Assembly (NCBI RefSeq): GCF_016433145.1
Contig: NC_058133.1
Coordinates: 250,568,020 to 250,632,019 of the forward strand
DNA from: Gracilinanus agilis
Taxonomy: Eukaryota
DNA length: 64,000 nt
Direction: 5' to 3'
Positions 49,290-61,044 of the stretch are shown in pieces; positions within the stretch are counted from its first letter, which is position 1; every line of letters starts with the position of its first letter. The translations under genes were made by a program, and so were the position numbers. The notes under the pieces were generated by a model, which did no database searches, was not told the origin of the DNA, and was given only the letters and a program-made list of their open reading frames with translations.

Positions 49290-50682
49290 TGGAATGTAGT
49301 TTTGAAAGAGGGAAGACACAGGACTGAGAAGGGAGCAGTAGGGCAGCTAAGTAACTCAATGGATAGAGATCCAGGCTTGGAGTCAAGGAGACTTGGGTTC
49401 AAAACTGACCTCAGATACTTCCTAACTGTATGATTGTGGGCAAGTCACTTAACCCCTGTTGCCTGGTCCTTACCATTCTGTTTTAGAACAGATACCTAGT
49501 AATGATTCTAAGATAGAAGGTATGGATTAAAAAAAAAAGGGAACAATAAGCTCCTCAAGGTCAGTAATTATTTTACTTTTATCCTTGAATCCCCAGTGAT
49601 TAGCACAGGGAATATTACATAATAGACCCTTAATAAATGCTTATTGCTTTTTGGGGTAGCATATTTGCCCCCCTTATACTGCTCTATTTCACACACACAT
49701 ACAAAAGTTGAAATCTCAATTTGCCAAATATCAAGCACCCAACTGTGGGGGTTATATCCTTTTCCCCCTAGTTCTAACGAACTGTAGAGTATAGTCTCTA
49801 GTATAGAATGATTACTCGATTGAGCCCACTGAGCTCAGGGCTTTTGACCCTCCCTATCCTGTACCCAAAGACACAATTGGGATCCAATTTAGTCTTGGAG
49901 ATCTCTGCCTCTTTTCCTCATTGGCTCATTAAACACCTTCTCAGTGACCCCAGGAATGGTTTTTAATTATAGTAAATTTGATTGTGGACAAATCTCCCCA
50001 AAGGGATAATTAGAGGCACAATATGAGCCAAAGTATGATGCAGGTAACTTATTCCTATTGCCCTCCCCAAAAAATGCTACACATAGGATACTCATAAGCA
50101 TGTGTAAACAAAATTAATTAAATAGGATTCAGTATTTAAACTAATTATTGTTAATGGTGTAAAAAGGAAATTGGAAAAAACCATCTAAAAATGTATATAT
50201 TTCTATGGACAAGGGAAATGTATAAAACTACATTTCCCGTGATCCAACATGGTCCAACTGATTTCCGTTTCCGACGTCTTGACGCAGGGGAGAGCTTAAA
50301 TCTCGTGGGTTAGGAGGGAGTGCTCTCTTTTGCCAGCAAGCTCTTTTTTGGCGAGTAGCGCTTGGCTAGGAGACAGTATGGAGGCGGCAGTTTTGAATGC
50401 TTACAAGCGCGTGGTCTAATGATTTTATCTATCAACATGGCTTTAATTAAAATACTAATTTATATATTTATACAAGCCTTTATCATTTTTCATATTTATA
50501 ATGGTCTACTGGGAAGATAATATTTAAATCCCATCTGTACCTAAAGAAGGTTGCAGAACTACAAAAATAAGGCATTTTTTAATTTCACCTCAGCTTAGCT
50601 CTACCCAAATAACTGCCAGTATATATATGCTGGAGATCTTCATTCTAATTCACACCATACTAATGCATCAGGTCCCTTAGAG

Positions 50683-51221
50683 CAGGGATGGGGAACCTTT
50701 TAAAGACAGTGTCAGGCCCCACCTCCACCCCCTTTGCCTCCTTGCTCCAACCCGAAAGAGGATGGAGAAAGCTTTTCCATTGGGCTGCTGGGCAGAGGGG
50801 CAGGTGATGAGAGGCTGGTGTGGAGAGAGGGAGGAGAGTGGCCTCAGCACTCCCCTCCCCTACAGCTCTGACTCCCTCCAGCTAAATGCCATACTGTGGA
50901 ACTCTACCTTGGAAATCACCTTCACCACAGATTCAACTGGCTGCCATCTGGTCTGTGCCACACTCTTATGCAGCATGTAAGCTGTCCCACCCTAGCACCT
51001 TAACCCAGATAGCGGAGAGAGGAAGAGCTCTCATTGGGCTGCTGGGCAAAGGGGAGGGTCATGTGAGAAAAGTCCTCAAATGCTGGAGATGGGGAAGAGA
51101 ACAGCTCCACCTCAGTCCCTCTGGCTTTCTAGTAACAAATTTTGGAGGGCAACTACAGGAGTGGCCATAGAGAGGCTCTTCATGCCCTTTTTGGCAAAAT
51201 GCCATAGGTTCGCCATCACTA
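50683..51221. mobile_element. hAT-type non-autonomous element
   Basis: Ends CAGGGATGGGGAACCT / AGGTTCGCCATCACTA; perfect TSD CCTTAGAG; internal imperfect direct repeat (cattgggctgctgggca at ~50778 and ~51033). Confidence 0.85.
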
Positions 51222-51617
51222 CCTTAGAGGAAGGTTGGATTTCCCCTTTTGGAATTCCAAGAGCACTCTTGATCAAGGGGTTTTTTCTTCTCAAGACCAC
51301 TTATTCTGGTATTTCTTCTGTGTGGAAGGAAAACAATATTCACATTTGATATTTTGGCACAAATGTGACAGAAACAACTTTTATTAATTTGGTAGTGAAA
51401 TGCCCAATTTGACAGTTTCCAGACTAACTCCCCAGGTACACTTGTGGACATCTCTCTGACACAAACTAATTTGAGGTAGTTTATAGGAATCTTGAACTCA
51501 GAAAAAAAGTTTGAGGTTAACATTCTACTTTATCTAATCATGTCATTTTTTTTTTTTGTGATTCATATACAATATACATTTTTTTTTCTAATCATGTCAT
51601 TTTAAAAGTCTACTGAA

Positions 51618-51829
51618 GGGGGCAGCTGGGTAGCTCAGTGGATTGAGAGCCAGGCCTAGAGACGGGAGGTCCTAAGTTCAAATCTGATTTCAGACACTTC
51701 CCAGCTGTGTGACACTGGGCAAGTCACTTGACCCCCATTGCCTACCCTTACTACTTTTCCACCTATGTCAATACACAGAAGTTAAGGGTTTAAAAATTAA
51801 AAAAAAAAAATATATATATATATATATAT
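51618..51829 (+). mobile_element. Young SINE with A/(TA)n tail
   Basis: TSD aaagtctactgaa on both sides. Confidence 0.85.
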
Positions 51830-52009
51830 AAAGTCTACTGAATTCCTTCTTTGTCCACTCCCCTAAAGGGCTCTAGGGACATAGGGAATATTCAGAGAGG
51901 GCTAGCACCTCTGGTATGAGGTCTTTCACAGCTTCTCATCCACCTTTAGTGTCCCTCAGCTCTTACTTATGGTTCCAACAAGCTGGCCTTACTCCAATAA
52001 AACTATTTC

Positions 52010-52385
52010 AACAGATGGCTAAATTAGGTTGAAGGTAACTGACAGGCTCAAACCCATTGGTGAAGTTAAGGAATACCTCAAACATGTGAAGACTTCTCCC
52101 ATCTGAATGGGCAGATGAGAACAATTTGTTCCAAAGGACTTGAAAGTGGCTGAAGCAGGCACTGTGGACTAGAGCTTGGTTAGACATCAAAGATGCCAAA
52201 GTCATTCACTGCATCCCAGGTCATGGTCAGCTTTTTTGACCCCTGGACTTTGATGACTCTGGAAGTGAGTGAGGCTAACTTCATGAAATTCAGATTCATT
52301 TAAAACCAATTCATGAGCAAGTTAAGACCATCCCCACCCCACCCCCCATATCACTGGTCCTTTTCAAAATCAAAAGACAAACAAG
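52010..52385 (+). mobile_element. Probable RTE-class LINE 3' fragment
   Basis: Resembles recalled marsupial RTE 3' sequence ending ..ctggtccttttcaaaatcaaaagacaaacaa; family assignment from memory. Confidence 0.45.
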
Positions 52386-53703
52386 CAGATATTTAACATC
52401 TTTTTTTCTTTCTAAAGTTATAATCAGATTCCTAACTTCTTTCTTGTTTAAATTTTGGTTAGCTCTGCCTCGGACTGAAAACTATAGATTGAGGAAGCCT
52501 TCTATTACAATCTTACTATATTTCTCTCTCCAATTAAATTAACTTTTCCTTTAAGTATAAGTGCTATTATGTTCATATAAATTAAGTACTTCTATTGATT
52601 CATTACCTAAGTTGCCTTTAAACAAAATGTAATTTCTTTGCCAATCTCTTTTTACCCTATCTATATTTGCTATGTAGACTTACCTGAAGTCATGATTTCT
52701 GGTTTGTTTGTTTGTTTTCAGTTCAGTGGATGCATACTCCAACTCCTCATTTTAACTTTATGTGAGTCTTTGTGTTTCAATAAGTTCCTTATAAATAGCG
52801 TTGTCAGGTTCTGCTTTCAAATTCATTCTGCTAGCCTCTTTTGCTTTATGGGTGAATTTCTCCCATTCCCATTCCCAGTTATGATTGTTAATTATGCATT
52901 TCCCTCTTCCCAGTCTTGTAATTTTTCCATTCTGTGTTCCTACCTCCCTCTTTACAAAAAAGATGGCAGAAGAAAGTTTGCCTGATGCTTATGATCCTAT
53001 AAATGAAACAGGCTCTTTCTTTTCTGTTGCATCTTTTCTCTTTCCTTTACCTGAAAATCCTAGGTTTTATTTTTTTGGGGCTCAGGCAGAGAATATTGAA
53101 TTTTCCTGAAAATCCCAGAGTCCAGCTGGGCTCTGCCTTCTGCTCTTCCCCCTCAATCTTAGACTATCTTTCCCAGGATTTCTACAGTTCTTGAGAGTTT
53201 CCTTTGTGGATTCCTAGGTTGCGGAAGGAATAGTTGATTCTCCTTCTTACCAAAGTGGTGCATCTCTAAGTTCCAACAGAGTGTTTACTGGGAATATGGG
53301 ATCCTCAAACACTACCATCTTCCCAACAGGATATACTGTCCCCTATCCTACTTCATCCCTAAGGAGAATAAGTTCAGACTTCAAAGCAGTCTCTAAAATA
53401 CATTTGCCTCACCAAGTTCCCTTCTGGATGAAACAAAGCTATGGATAAATCTCTCCATCTTTTAGGGCCCAGAATGTTGGCTTTGTGGATCAATTCATTA
53501 TTGGGCTGGATCCTAGTCATTCCTCATGGCTCTGCTGACAGACCACAAATGCTGACCTTAATTCTGGCTCCCAGACTTCTAGTGACTCTCTTTCCCAAAT
53601 GTTTAAGGTTTTCAGATGGTCAGAGCCTAGTCTGATACTTTCACCTAAGATCAGGAAAGAATATATAGAATATATATATATAAGTAGCAATATCAGGGTC
53701 ATG

Positions 53704-54157
53704 TGTAGAACCCCAAAGTTATGACACAGAAACTAAGCAACCACAAGCAAACACAAGCTAGGGACTTCCTAATCAGGATGGCTCCGAGAAACCGGAAGTT
53801 ACTAACAGGTCAGGATGTCTTAGAGAAATCCACGGTCACTAACAATAGGGTGTTATTAGGCTCCCAAATGTAGCATAAAAACCCTACATTCTTGGGGAGA
53901 CAGCCAAAAACCACTAACTACAAAGGCTACTCAAGAACTACAGGGTGCCCCTGAGTCTGCCGATACCCGCCACCTTTCCCGCCACCCCCTAAGTTTCCCG
54001 CCCCCCCCAATGTATATAATCTTTGCTCTGACTATGCCCCCCCCCAGAACTCCTTTACTGAGCTCCCCTAGCACACACTAGAAATAAAGACTTCCCTTTG
54101 CTTGGATTGCATTGTCTCCGTGTGCTCCTTGGGTGGCAATCTATTCGGACCCTAACA
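53704..54157 (+). mobile_element. Solo ERV LTR
   Basis: TG...CA termini, TATA-like tgtatataa (~54011), AATAAA (~54084), 4-bp TSD CATG (53700-53703, 54158-54161). Confidence 0.8.
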
Positions 54158-56622
54158 CATGCTTTCAAGGGATGCATGACAACAACCAATAAAGGTCTAA
54201 AGCCTCTTTTTCTCCCCACCAGGAGGCTTATAATGGTCCTTACCTCATCACTTGAACACAACCAGAACAGAAAGGGAAAAATCCTTTGATTGATTAGTTC
54301 CTTTTGAAAGTATTCTCAGTTCTGGCTCAGCAACTAATTGAAAGGTTCCATTTCTTCACATGATAAGTAGATCAGAATAAAGTTTACATGGGGATACTTC
54401 CTAGTTCTATGACCCTGGGCAAATTCCCTAATCCCTGTTATTGTAACCAGGAAATCAATAGTTAATAACCTAATTGATTTAGTTTAAGCAATTAATAATA
54501 ATTAATAACCTGAGGGTTACCCAAAGTTCACTGAGGTCTGTGGCCTGGAACCTGGCACACCTGCCAGGTCTCTTCCCAGTCTCTTCCAGACTTTCCTGGT
54601 CCAGAAATGAGTCACTATTACTCATGTCAAGAGTGACCACTGTAAGTCTTCACCTTCACCCTGTAAGTTCTTCTTTTTGCCTTTAAAAACCTGTGGATGT
54701 CAATAGTTAGGATGTCAGGTTTTGAACTGAAGGGAAACCTGTAGACCTCCAGCCCTGTGATTTCTCTGTCAGCATAAAGCCAGATCTTTACCCAGAAAGT
54801 CTCCCAGCACCATATTTTTATATTGTCTAACCCTTACCATTCCTCTGCCATGAAACCCATACTTAGTATCGAGTCTAAGATGGAAGGTAAGGGTTTAAAA
54901 AAAAAAAAACAAAGTTCACATGGATTGTATCAACACAGCAGGGTACCTATAATCATAAAGACTGGCCTTGGTGTCCAGAGACCCTGCATTACATGAACAG
55001 AATGAATTAAAAAGGAATCATAAACTTAATTTATAACTACTGTTATCATCTGATGGGATATGAATATTTAAACCTCATCTAGACATAAAGCAGTTTGCCA
55101 AACTGCTAATTAGACATTTTATAATTTATCCCCACTGAATAGCAACCAAACAATTCCCAGTACATACCACTCAATAAAATAGCCTAGGCCAGGATCAGTC
55201 AACTAGTCAGTGGTCATCCTCTCCAAATCCCTGCCACCAGCTAGCTCAAACTAGATAGGATTCATGGCCTCCAGATTTTTCAGCTTCACAAGTTCATTCC
55301 CAATCTTGGACTTCTCTACTATTAAGATACTAATTCACTGAATATTGGGGGGGGGGGGGCAGAGATACAAAAAAGGCAAAGAGCCAGGTGCCCCAGGCAC
55401 AAGCCCAATTAGCTGAATATACATTTTCACATAGAGTATAAGGGGTGGGTGCAGCAAGGTGGCACAGTGAATAGAAGGCCAGGCCTAGAGTCAAGAAGAC
55501 TCATCTTCATGAGTTCAAATCTGACCTCTGACACTTTTTAGGTGTCTGGGCAAGTCACTTTACTCTGCCTTAGTTCTTCATCTGTAAAATGAGCAGGAGA
55601 AGGAAATGACAAGCCACTCTAGTATCTTTGCCAAGAAAACCTCATATGGGGTCCCAAAGAGTCAGACACAACTGAAACAACTGAACAACAACAATCCGCA
55701 GTGGGGATCAACATAGAACCAGGGTGGAGAAAGGCCCCTTTTTCAACATCCCTCATTGGAATGATATCATGCCACCTGGAGAATCATAGCCCAAAAGTTC
55801 AAACCAGGAACTGCTTCTCCTTTTAACCTCCAGTGCCTATCCCTATGCAGTGGTCACTGGGCTTTGGATGGACCAAGGGACTATGCCGAGTTTTCCAAGT
55901 CATTTTAAAATGCAAATTCCTTTCAATACTGGACCACTATTGGGCCAGAAGCAGCCAGTTAGTTCATTCTCCCCCAAAAGCCCAAACAATGAGTCATATC
56001 CTCAGAGTCTCAAAGTTTCCAGAGGAGCTTTGGGTTTATGCTTCATTGGAATGGCCCCTATTCTATTTAGCCTCTGCTAAATAGCCATGGCACTATGCAT
56101 TTTGGATACAAATATGCCCTTTTGGTGTGAAACTCTGGTATAGACTTCAAGCCCCCAGGCCTTCACATATTCTATGATTCTTGTCCAATTTTTTCCTATA
56201 AATTCTCTATAGACAATCCATTTAATGCACCAGAGACCTTTCCCTGCTTCTACTAATGTTTCATAAGTATACCTCCAGAAGGGTCAGAGGAACAGGGTCA
56301 GAGGTATAGGAAGAGACATTTTTAAAATTAATTAATTAAATTAATTATTTAGAATATTTTCCCATGGTTTCATGGTTCATATTCTTTCCCTCCCTTCCTC
56401 CTTCCCCTCTCCCATAGCCAACAAGTAATTCAACTGGGTTTTACAAGTATCACTGATCAAGACCTATTTCCATATTATTAATATTTGCACTAAAGTGATC
56501 ATTTAGAGTCCACAGAGGATGAGACATTTTGAGACATGACCAATATGCAGATTTGCCTTGTTTTACTCTGCTATTTGTTACAAGGGGGTTTAAGATTTTG
56601 TTGTGGTGTGAGGCCAGGGGAG

Positions 56623-56627
<5 letters not shown>

Positions 56628-56656
<29 letters not shown>
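56628..56656. repeat. (TG)n microsatellite
   Basis: Directly visible. Confidence 0.9.
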
Positions 56657-56660
<4 letters not shown>

Positions 56661-57174
56661 ATTAGGAAGTAAGAAGTGCTAATGGTAAGGATTCAAAAAA
56701 AGAAGGAAAAAAGAAAAAGTGTCAATGAAAAAATATTCTAAATGTATACAAGAGAACAGAAAGAAGTTCAGGGGAAGACAGACAAGCAGGGCAATTTGGG
56801 GACTAATATGTTAAATTTATTACATGCTTTTTTCTTTTTTCTAAATTTTTGTATATAGAAATGTTTGTATTCATTTCTGGTTGAGTTCAAAATAATTAAA
56901 ATAAAATAAAAATGAATTTCATGTGTATTAGTACAGAAATTGAACTGCCTATTTTTCAGAGGTGTAACCAGCATGTGACCAATGAGGTTCAACCACAGGG
57001 TAACAACATAAAGGTGAAGGGGAAAGACTTTATTCCCAGTAGAAATGCTTCCAGCTTTTATCCTCAGTTGAAGGCAGCCTTCCACTGAAAGACTACCTCC
57101 AAATGGACATTTTGGGGGATGTACTACACTCCATGGTAGGACTAATTTGGGCTCTGCCATCTGCTACCCCTCAT

Positions 57175-57735
57175 TTTTTTTTTAAACCCTGACCTTCCAT
57201 GTTAGAATCACTACTGTGTATTGGTTCCAAGGCAGAAGAGTGGTAAGGGCTAGGCCAGTGATGGGCAACCTTTTGAGCTTGGTGTGTCAAAATTTGCCAA
57301 AAAACTGAGCATAACTTGGGTAGTATGTCACTTCTAGAAAAAAAAACCATAATTTCACGATATTTATAGTATTAAATAAAAATATATAATTGTAATATAT
57401 AACTATATTTAATAAACCAAAATAGGTAAATTAATATAGTTAGAATTGTCATCTCTAGTGCACAGAGTGTCTACACTACACTTCAGCAAATGCTTCATCC
57501 TTGGCATGTGGCCCCATACTTCTCTGTATGAAGCCACATGCAGCCATGTGTCATCTAAAATGGCTACACATGTCACTGTTGACACATGTGTCATAGGTTT
57601 GTCATCACTGGGCTAGGCAATGGGGGTTAAGTCACTTGCCCAGGGTCACACAGCTGGGAAGTGTCTGAGGCCAGATCTGAACCCAAGACCTGTCTCTGGG
57701 CCTGAGTCTCAATCCACTGAGCCACCCAGCTGCCA
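57175..57735 (-). mobile_element. SINE split by the 57256 MITE
   Basis: SINE sequence stops at aagggctaggc and resumes at ggctaggcaatgggg after the MITE. Confidence 0.85.
57256..57610 (-). mobile_element. hAT MITE inserted in a SINE
   Basis: TIRs CAGTGATGGGCAACCT / AGGTTTGTCATCACTG; perfect TSD GGCTAGGC. Its right ~150 bp is the reverse complement of sequence similar to the left end of the 46894 element. Confidence 0.88.
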
Positions 57736-58754
57736 CCCAGCCCCCAACCCCAAGATGTTTTTCTAAAGTTTTATTTATGCTTCATTTAAAACATAGTCAC
57801 TTCCCATTAACACACTCATATACACATAACATGTATTTATATAATATGAACTTAACAGATGCTTATTGACTGATCATATAGTATTGTCTCTAACCAAAGG
57901 ACAGAAGTGTTTTATCCTCATTGTTTCTATGAAAATAAAATGATTCAGTGATGGATAATGTATTTTATACCACTCCTGGCATGTAAAATATTGTATTACA
58001 TATAGCCTACCCAAAGGAAAAATACACAGAAAGTATATGTTGCCTGTGGGTTAGAAGGCCTTTGAAGTATCCAAACTTCAGAATATGAAGATAGATATGA
58101 CAAAAATCCTGACCTCAAGCAGTTTACAACCTAATGAGCAGAGGGAATTGGACAGATATACAAAACAAAACAAAACAAAACAAAACAAAACATTGAAAGC
58201 AGAAGTGTCATGGAAAATATCCTGGTTCTGGAACCAAAAGGTATTGGTTTGAATTCCAGATTTGTCATGTATTAACCAACTTTAATACCTCTTTCCACAT
58301 AGACCATGACTTCTGTTCCTTTAAGTAACAATAGCCTAGGACCGAGAGTCAGACCTGGAGATGGGAGGTACAGGTTTTGAATCTGGCCTTAGATACTTCC
58401 TACCTGTGTGGCACTGGGCAAGTCACTTAAACCCTAGTCATTTAACCCTTACTGCTCTTCAGCCTTGGAACTAATACTTAGTAATGATTCTCAGACAGAA
58501 GATAAGAGTTTAAAAAAAATAAGAGACAAAAACAAGAGACAATAGACTGCTAGAGAAAGGGCAAATTAAATGTCATCTGTAGACTGTTAGGTCTCATGGC
58601 TGAAGAAAAACTGAGTGCATTGAGAAATAATTAAAAATAAATTCTTTTCTGAAAGACTGGTAATTGTCCTCTTTGAGAAGGAATAAAGAGATATTTTCTG
58701 AGAGAACTGAATTTTATCCACACAGGTTAGCTAATAAACATATGTTTTTATTAC

Positions 58755-60655
58755 TTTTTATTTATTTATTATTAACAACAAACTTATTCAGTATAACAGT
58801 TGGGTTGTGAACCAAGAGGGTGATGGTATCCTCAAGAGTAAAAGAAAAAGGAAGTAGGAACAATAGAAAGAAGGCAGAATTTGGTGGAGGAAAGATAATG
58901 AGTTCAGTTTTAGACAAGTTGTGTTTAAGATGTCCATGGAACATCTTGTTCAAGATGTCTAATAGGCAGTTGGTGATGAGAGACCAGAGATGAATAGAGA
59001 GGTTAGGGCTAGATAAGTAGATTTGAGCTTCATTAGCCTAGAGAGGTTAGTTGAATTCATGAGAGCTGATGAAATCAGCAAATGAAATTGGGTGGAAAGA
59101 AACAAGAAGTTGACCCAGGACAAGCCATGAAAGATTCCCACAGTTAGTGGGCATAATAATCTGATGAAGATCCAGCAAAGGAGACTGAGATAGTAGGGAG
59201 GAGAATCAGGAAAGTGATTAAGAAATTGTTAGTAATTTTGGCAAGAGTAGTTCTAGTTGAATGATAAGGTTGGAAACCAGACTGTGGAGAATGAAGAAGT
59301 GAGAAGGAAGTGCCTACCTATTGTAGGCAGCCTTCTCAAGGGGGTTAGCCACAAAAGGAAACAGAGATATGGAATGATAGTTCATGGGGATGGATGAATC
59401 AAGTGAGAGTTTTTTGAGGATAGAGGAGACATGAATATGTTTGTGGGTAGTAGAGAAGTTGCTAGTAGACAAGAAAGGAGAGATTGGAGGTAAATGAGAG
59501 TAGGGAATAAAAGGAAGCAATATTCTATAGAAGATGGGATGGAATATGATCATTTGTACATGTAGGGGTTTGCCTTGGAAAGAATCACCTCATTATGCTA
59601 GAAAGGGGTGAAGGACAAGATAGTGACAGAAGGCAGCTGAGTGATATGAAATGAGAAGTGAAGAGGAGGCTCAAGATCAAAGTTCTCAATTTTTCCAGCA
59701 AATGATGACAAGGCTCTCAATTGAGAGGGTGGGAGGGAGATTGAGTCAGAGAGTAAGTTAATTAAGATGATGTAAAAATCATTGCCTTGAAGCAATGAGG
59801 GCCTAGTTGAGGTTATTTAAAATATATTTGACTCAAGCAGGATGGTTTTTTGACTTTTTCCAGAATTTTTCAGGGGTACATGTGTAGGAGTGGAAAGGTG
59901 GTGGCTGGTAGGAGTAATCAAGGCTGATGCTCTTCAGAGCATGACTGGCAAGGAACTCAGGAGGACAGAGTGGCCTTTCAACCACAAATTCTGCTCTTAA
60001 TTCACATTTTGACTTTCAATCCCTGGACTCCTCCAGTTCTGTCTCAGGCCATCACCCCTGCACTAGCACAATAGTGTTCCTCCTTTCCTCATTTTGATCC
60101 CCTTGTTGAACCAGTTCAACTCTATACTATCCTTTTCACTTGAGAGTACAACTAGTGCTGAGGTAATGACCCATAAAAGAATTGAGGGGTCAAGAGATTG
60201 GAGGTCATGGTGTAGAATAGAGTTTGAGGTTGCAAAGCAGAAGGAGAGGTAGAGTGACAACAGAATGTGATCAGATAAGAAAATTTCAGAATTCATGAAC
60301 ATGGAAGTGATGCATTAATGAGAAATGGCAAGATCCAGGGTATGACCACCTTTGGGTAAAGGAGTAGAAGCAAATTGAGGAAACATGAGGATAGAAGGTT
60401 TGAGAGGGTATCACTATGGATGATGAAGTTTCCTAGTATGAGAGTAGGAATTGGAGGAGGAAAGAAAGACCATGAACCAAGCACTAAATTCATTGCCCAG
60501 GAGTGTTCTGGAAATTGGAAGACAACATATACCAGGATTTTGATTAGGAGGTAGATAGGAATAGGATGAACCTCAAAGGAAAAGAGGTTATGGAGTGATG
60601 GTTGTAGATGGAAAATCTAGAAATTGCAGTGGGGAACAAAAAATATTTCAACTTC
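58755..60655 (-). mobile_element. Ancient L2 LINE ORF2 fragment
   Basis: Minus-frame motifs in EN-to-RT order: PTLILGNFIIH (ILGDFN-like), YHSISLFPFVANPLEKAAY (YRPISLLP..K.LE-like), HLKHNLSKTELIIFPP (L2 C-terminal). Confidence 0.75.
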
Positions 60656-60825
60656 TCTTCCTCAATCAGTAAGTTGGGGGTGGGGGGTGGGGAGGGCAGT
60701 TAAGATGGGATGAGGGAGAATGAAAGTACAGCCAGTTCTAGAAAGGGAGGTCAAGAAGGTGGTGTCATCAGTCTTTATGAGAGAATGGGAGAAGTGAGAA
60801 AGGAAAGGATTTAAATTGAAAGCAA

Positions 60826-61044
60826 GGGGGCAGCTGGGTAGCTCAGTGGATTGAGAGCTAGGCCTAGAGACGGGAGGTCCTAGGTTCAAATCCAGCCTCA
60901 GACACTTCCCAGCTGTGTGACCCTGGGCAAGTCACTTGACCCCCATTGCCTACCCTTACCAAGTCTTCCACCTATAAGTCAATACACAGAAGCCTATAAG
61001 TCAATACACAGAAGTTAAGGGTTTAAAATTAAAAAAATAAAAAT
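60826..61044 (+). mobile_element. Young SINE with an internal 22-bp tandem duplication
   Basis: TSD aaattgaaagcaa (60813-60825, 61045-61057). Confidence 0.88.
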
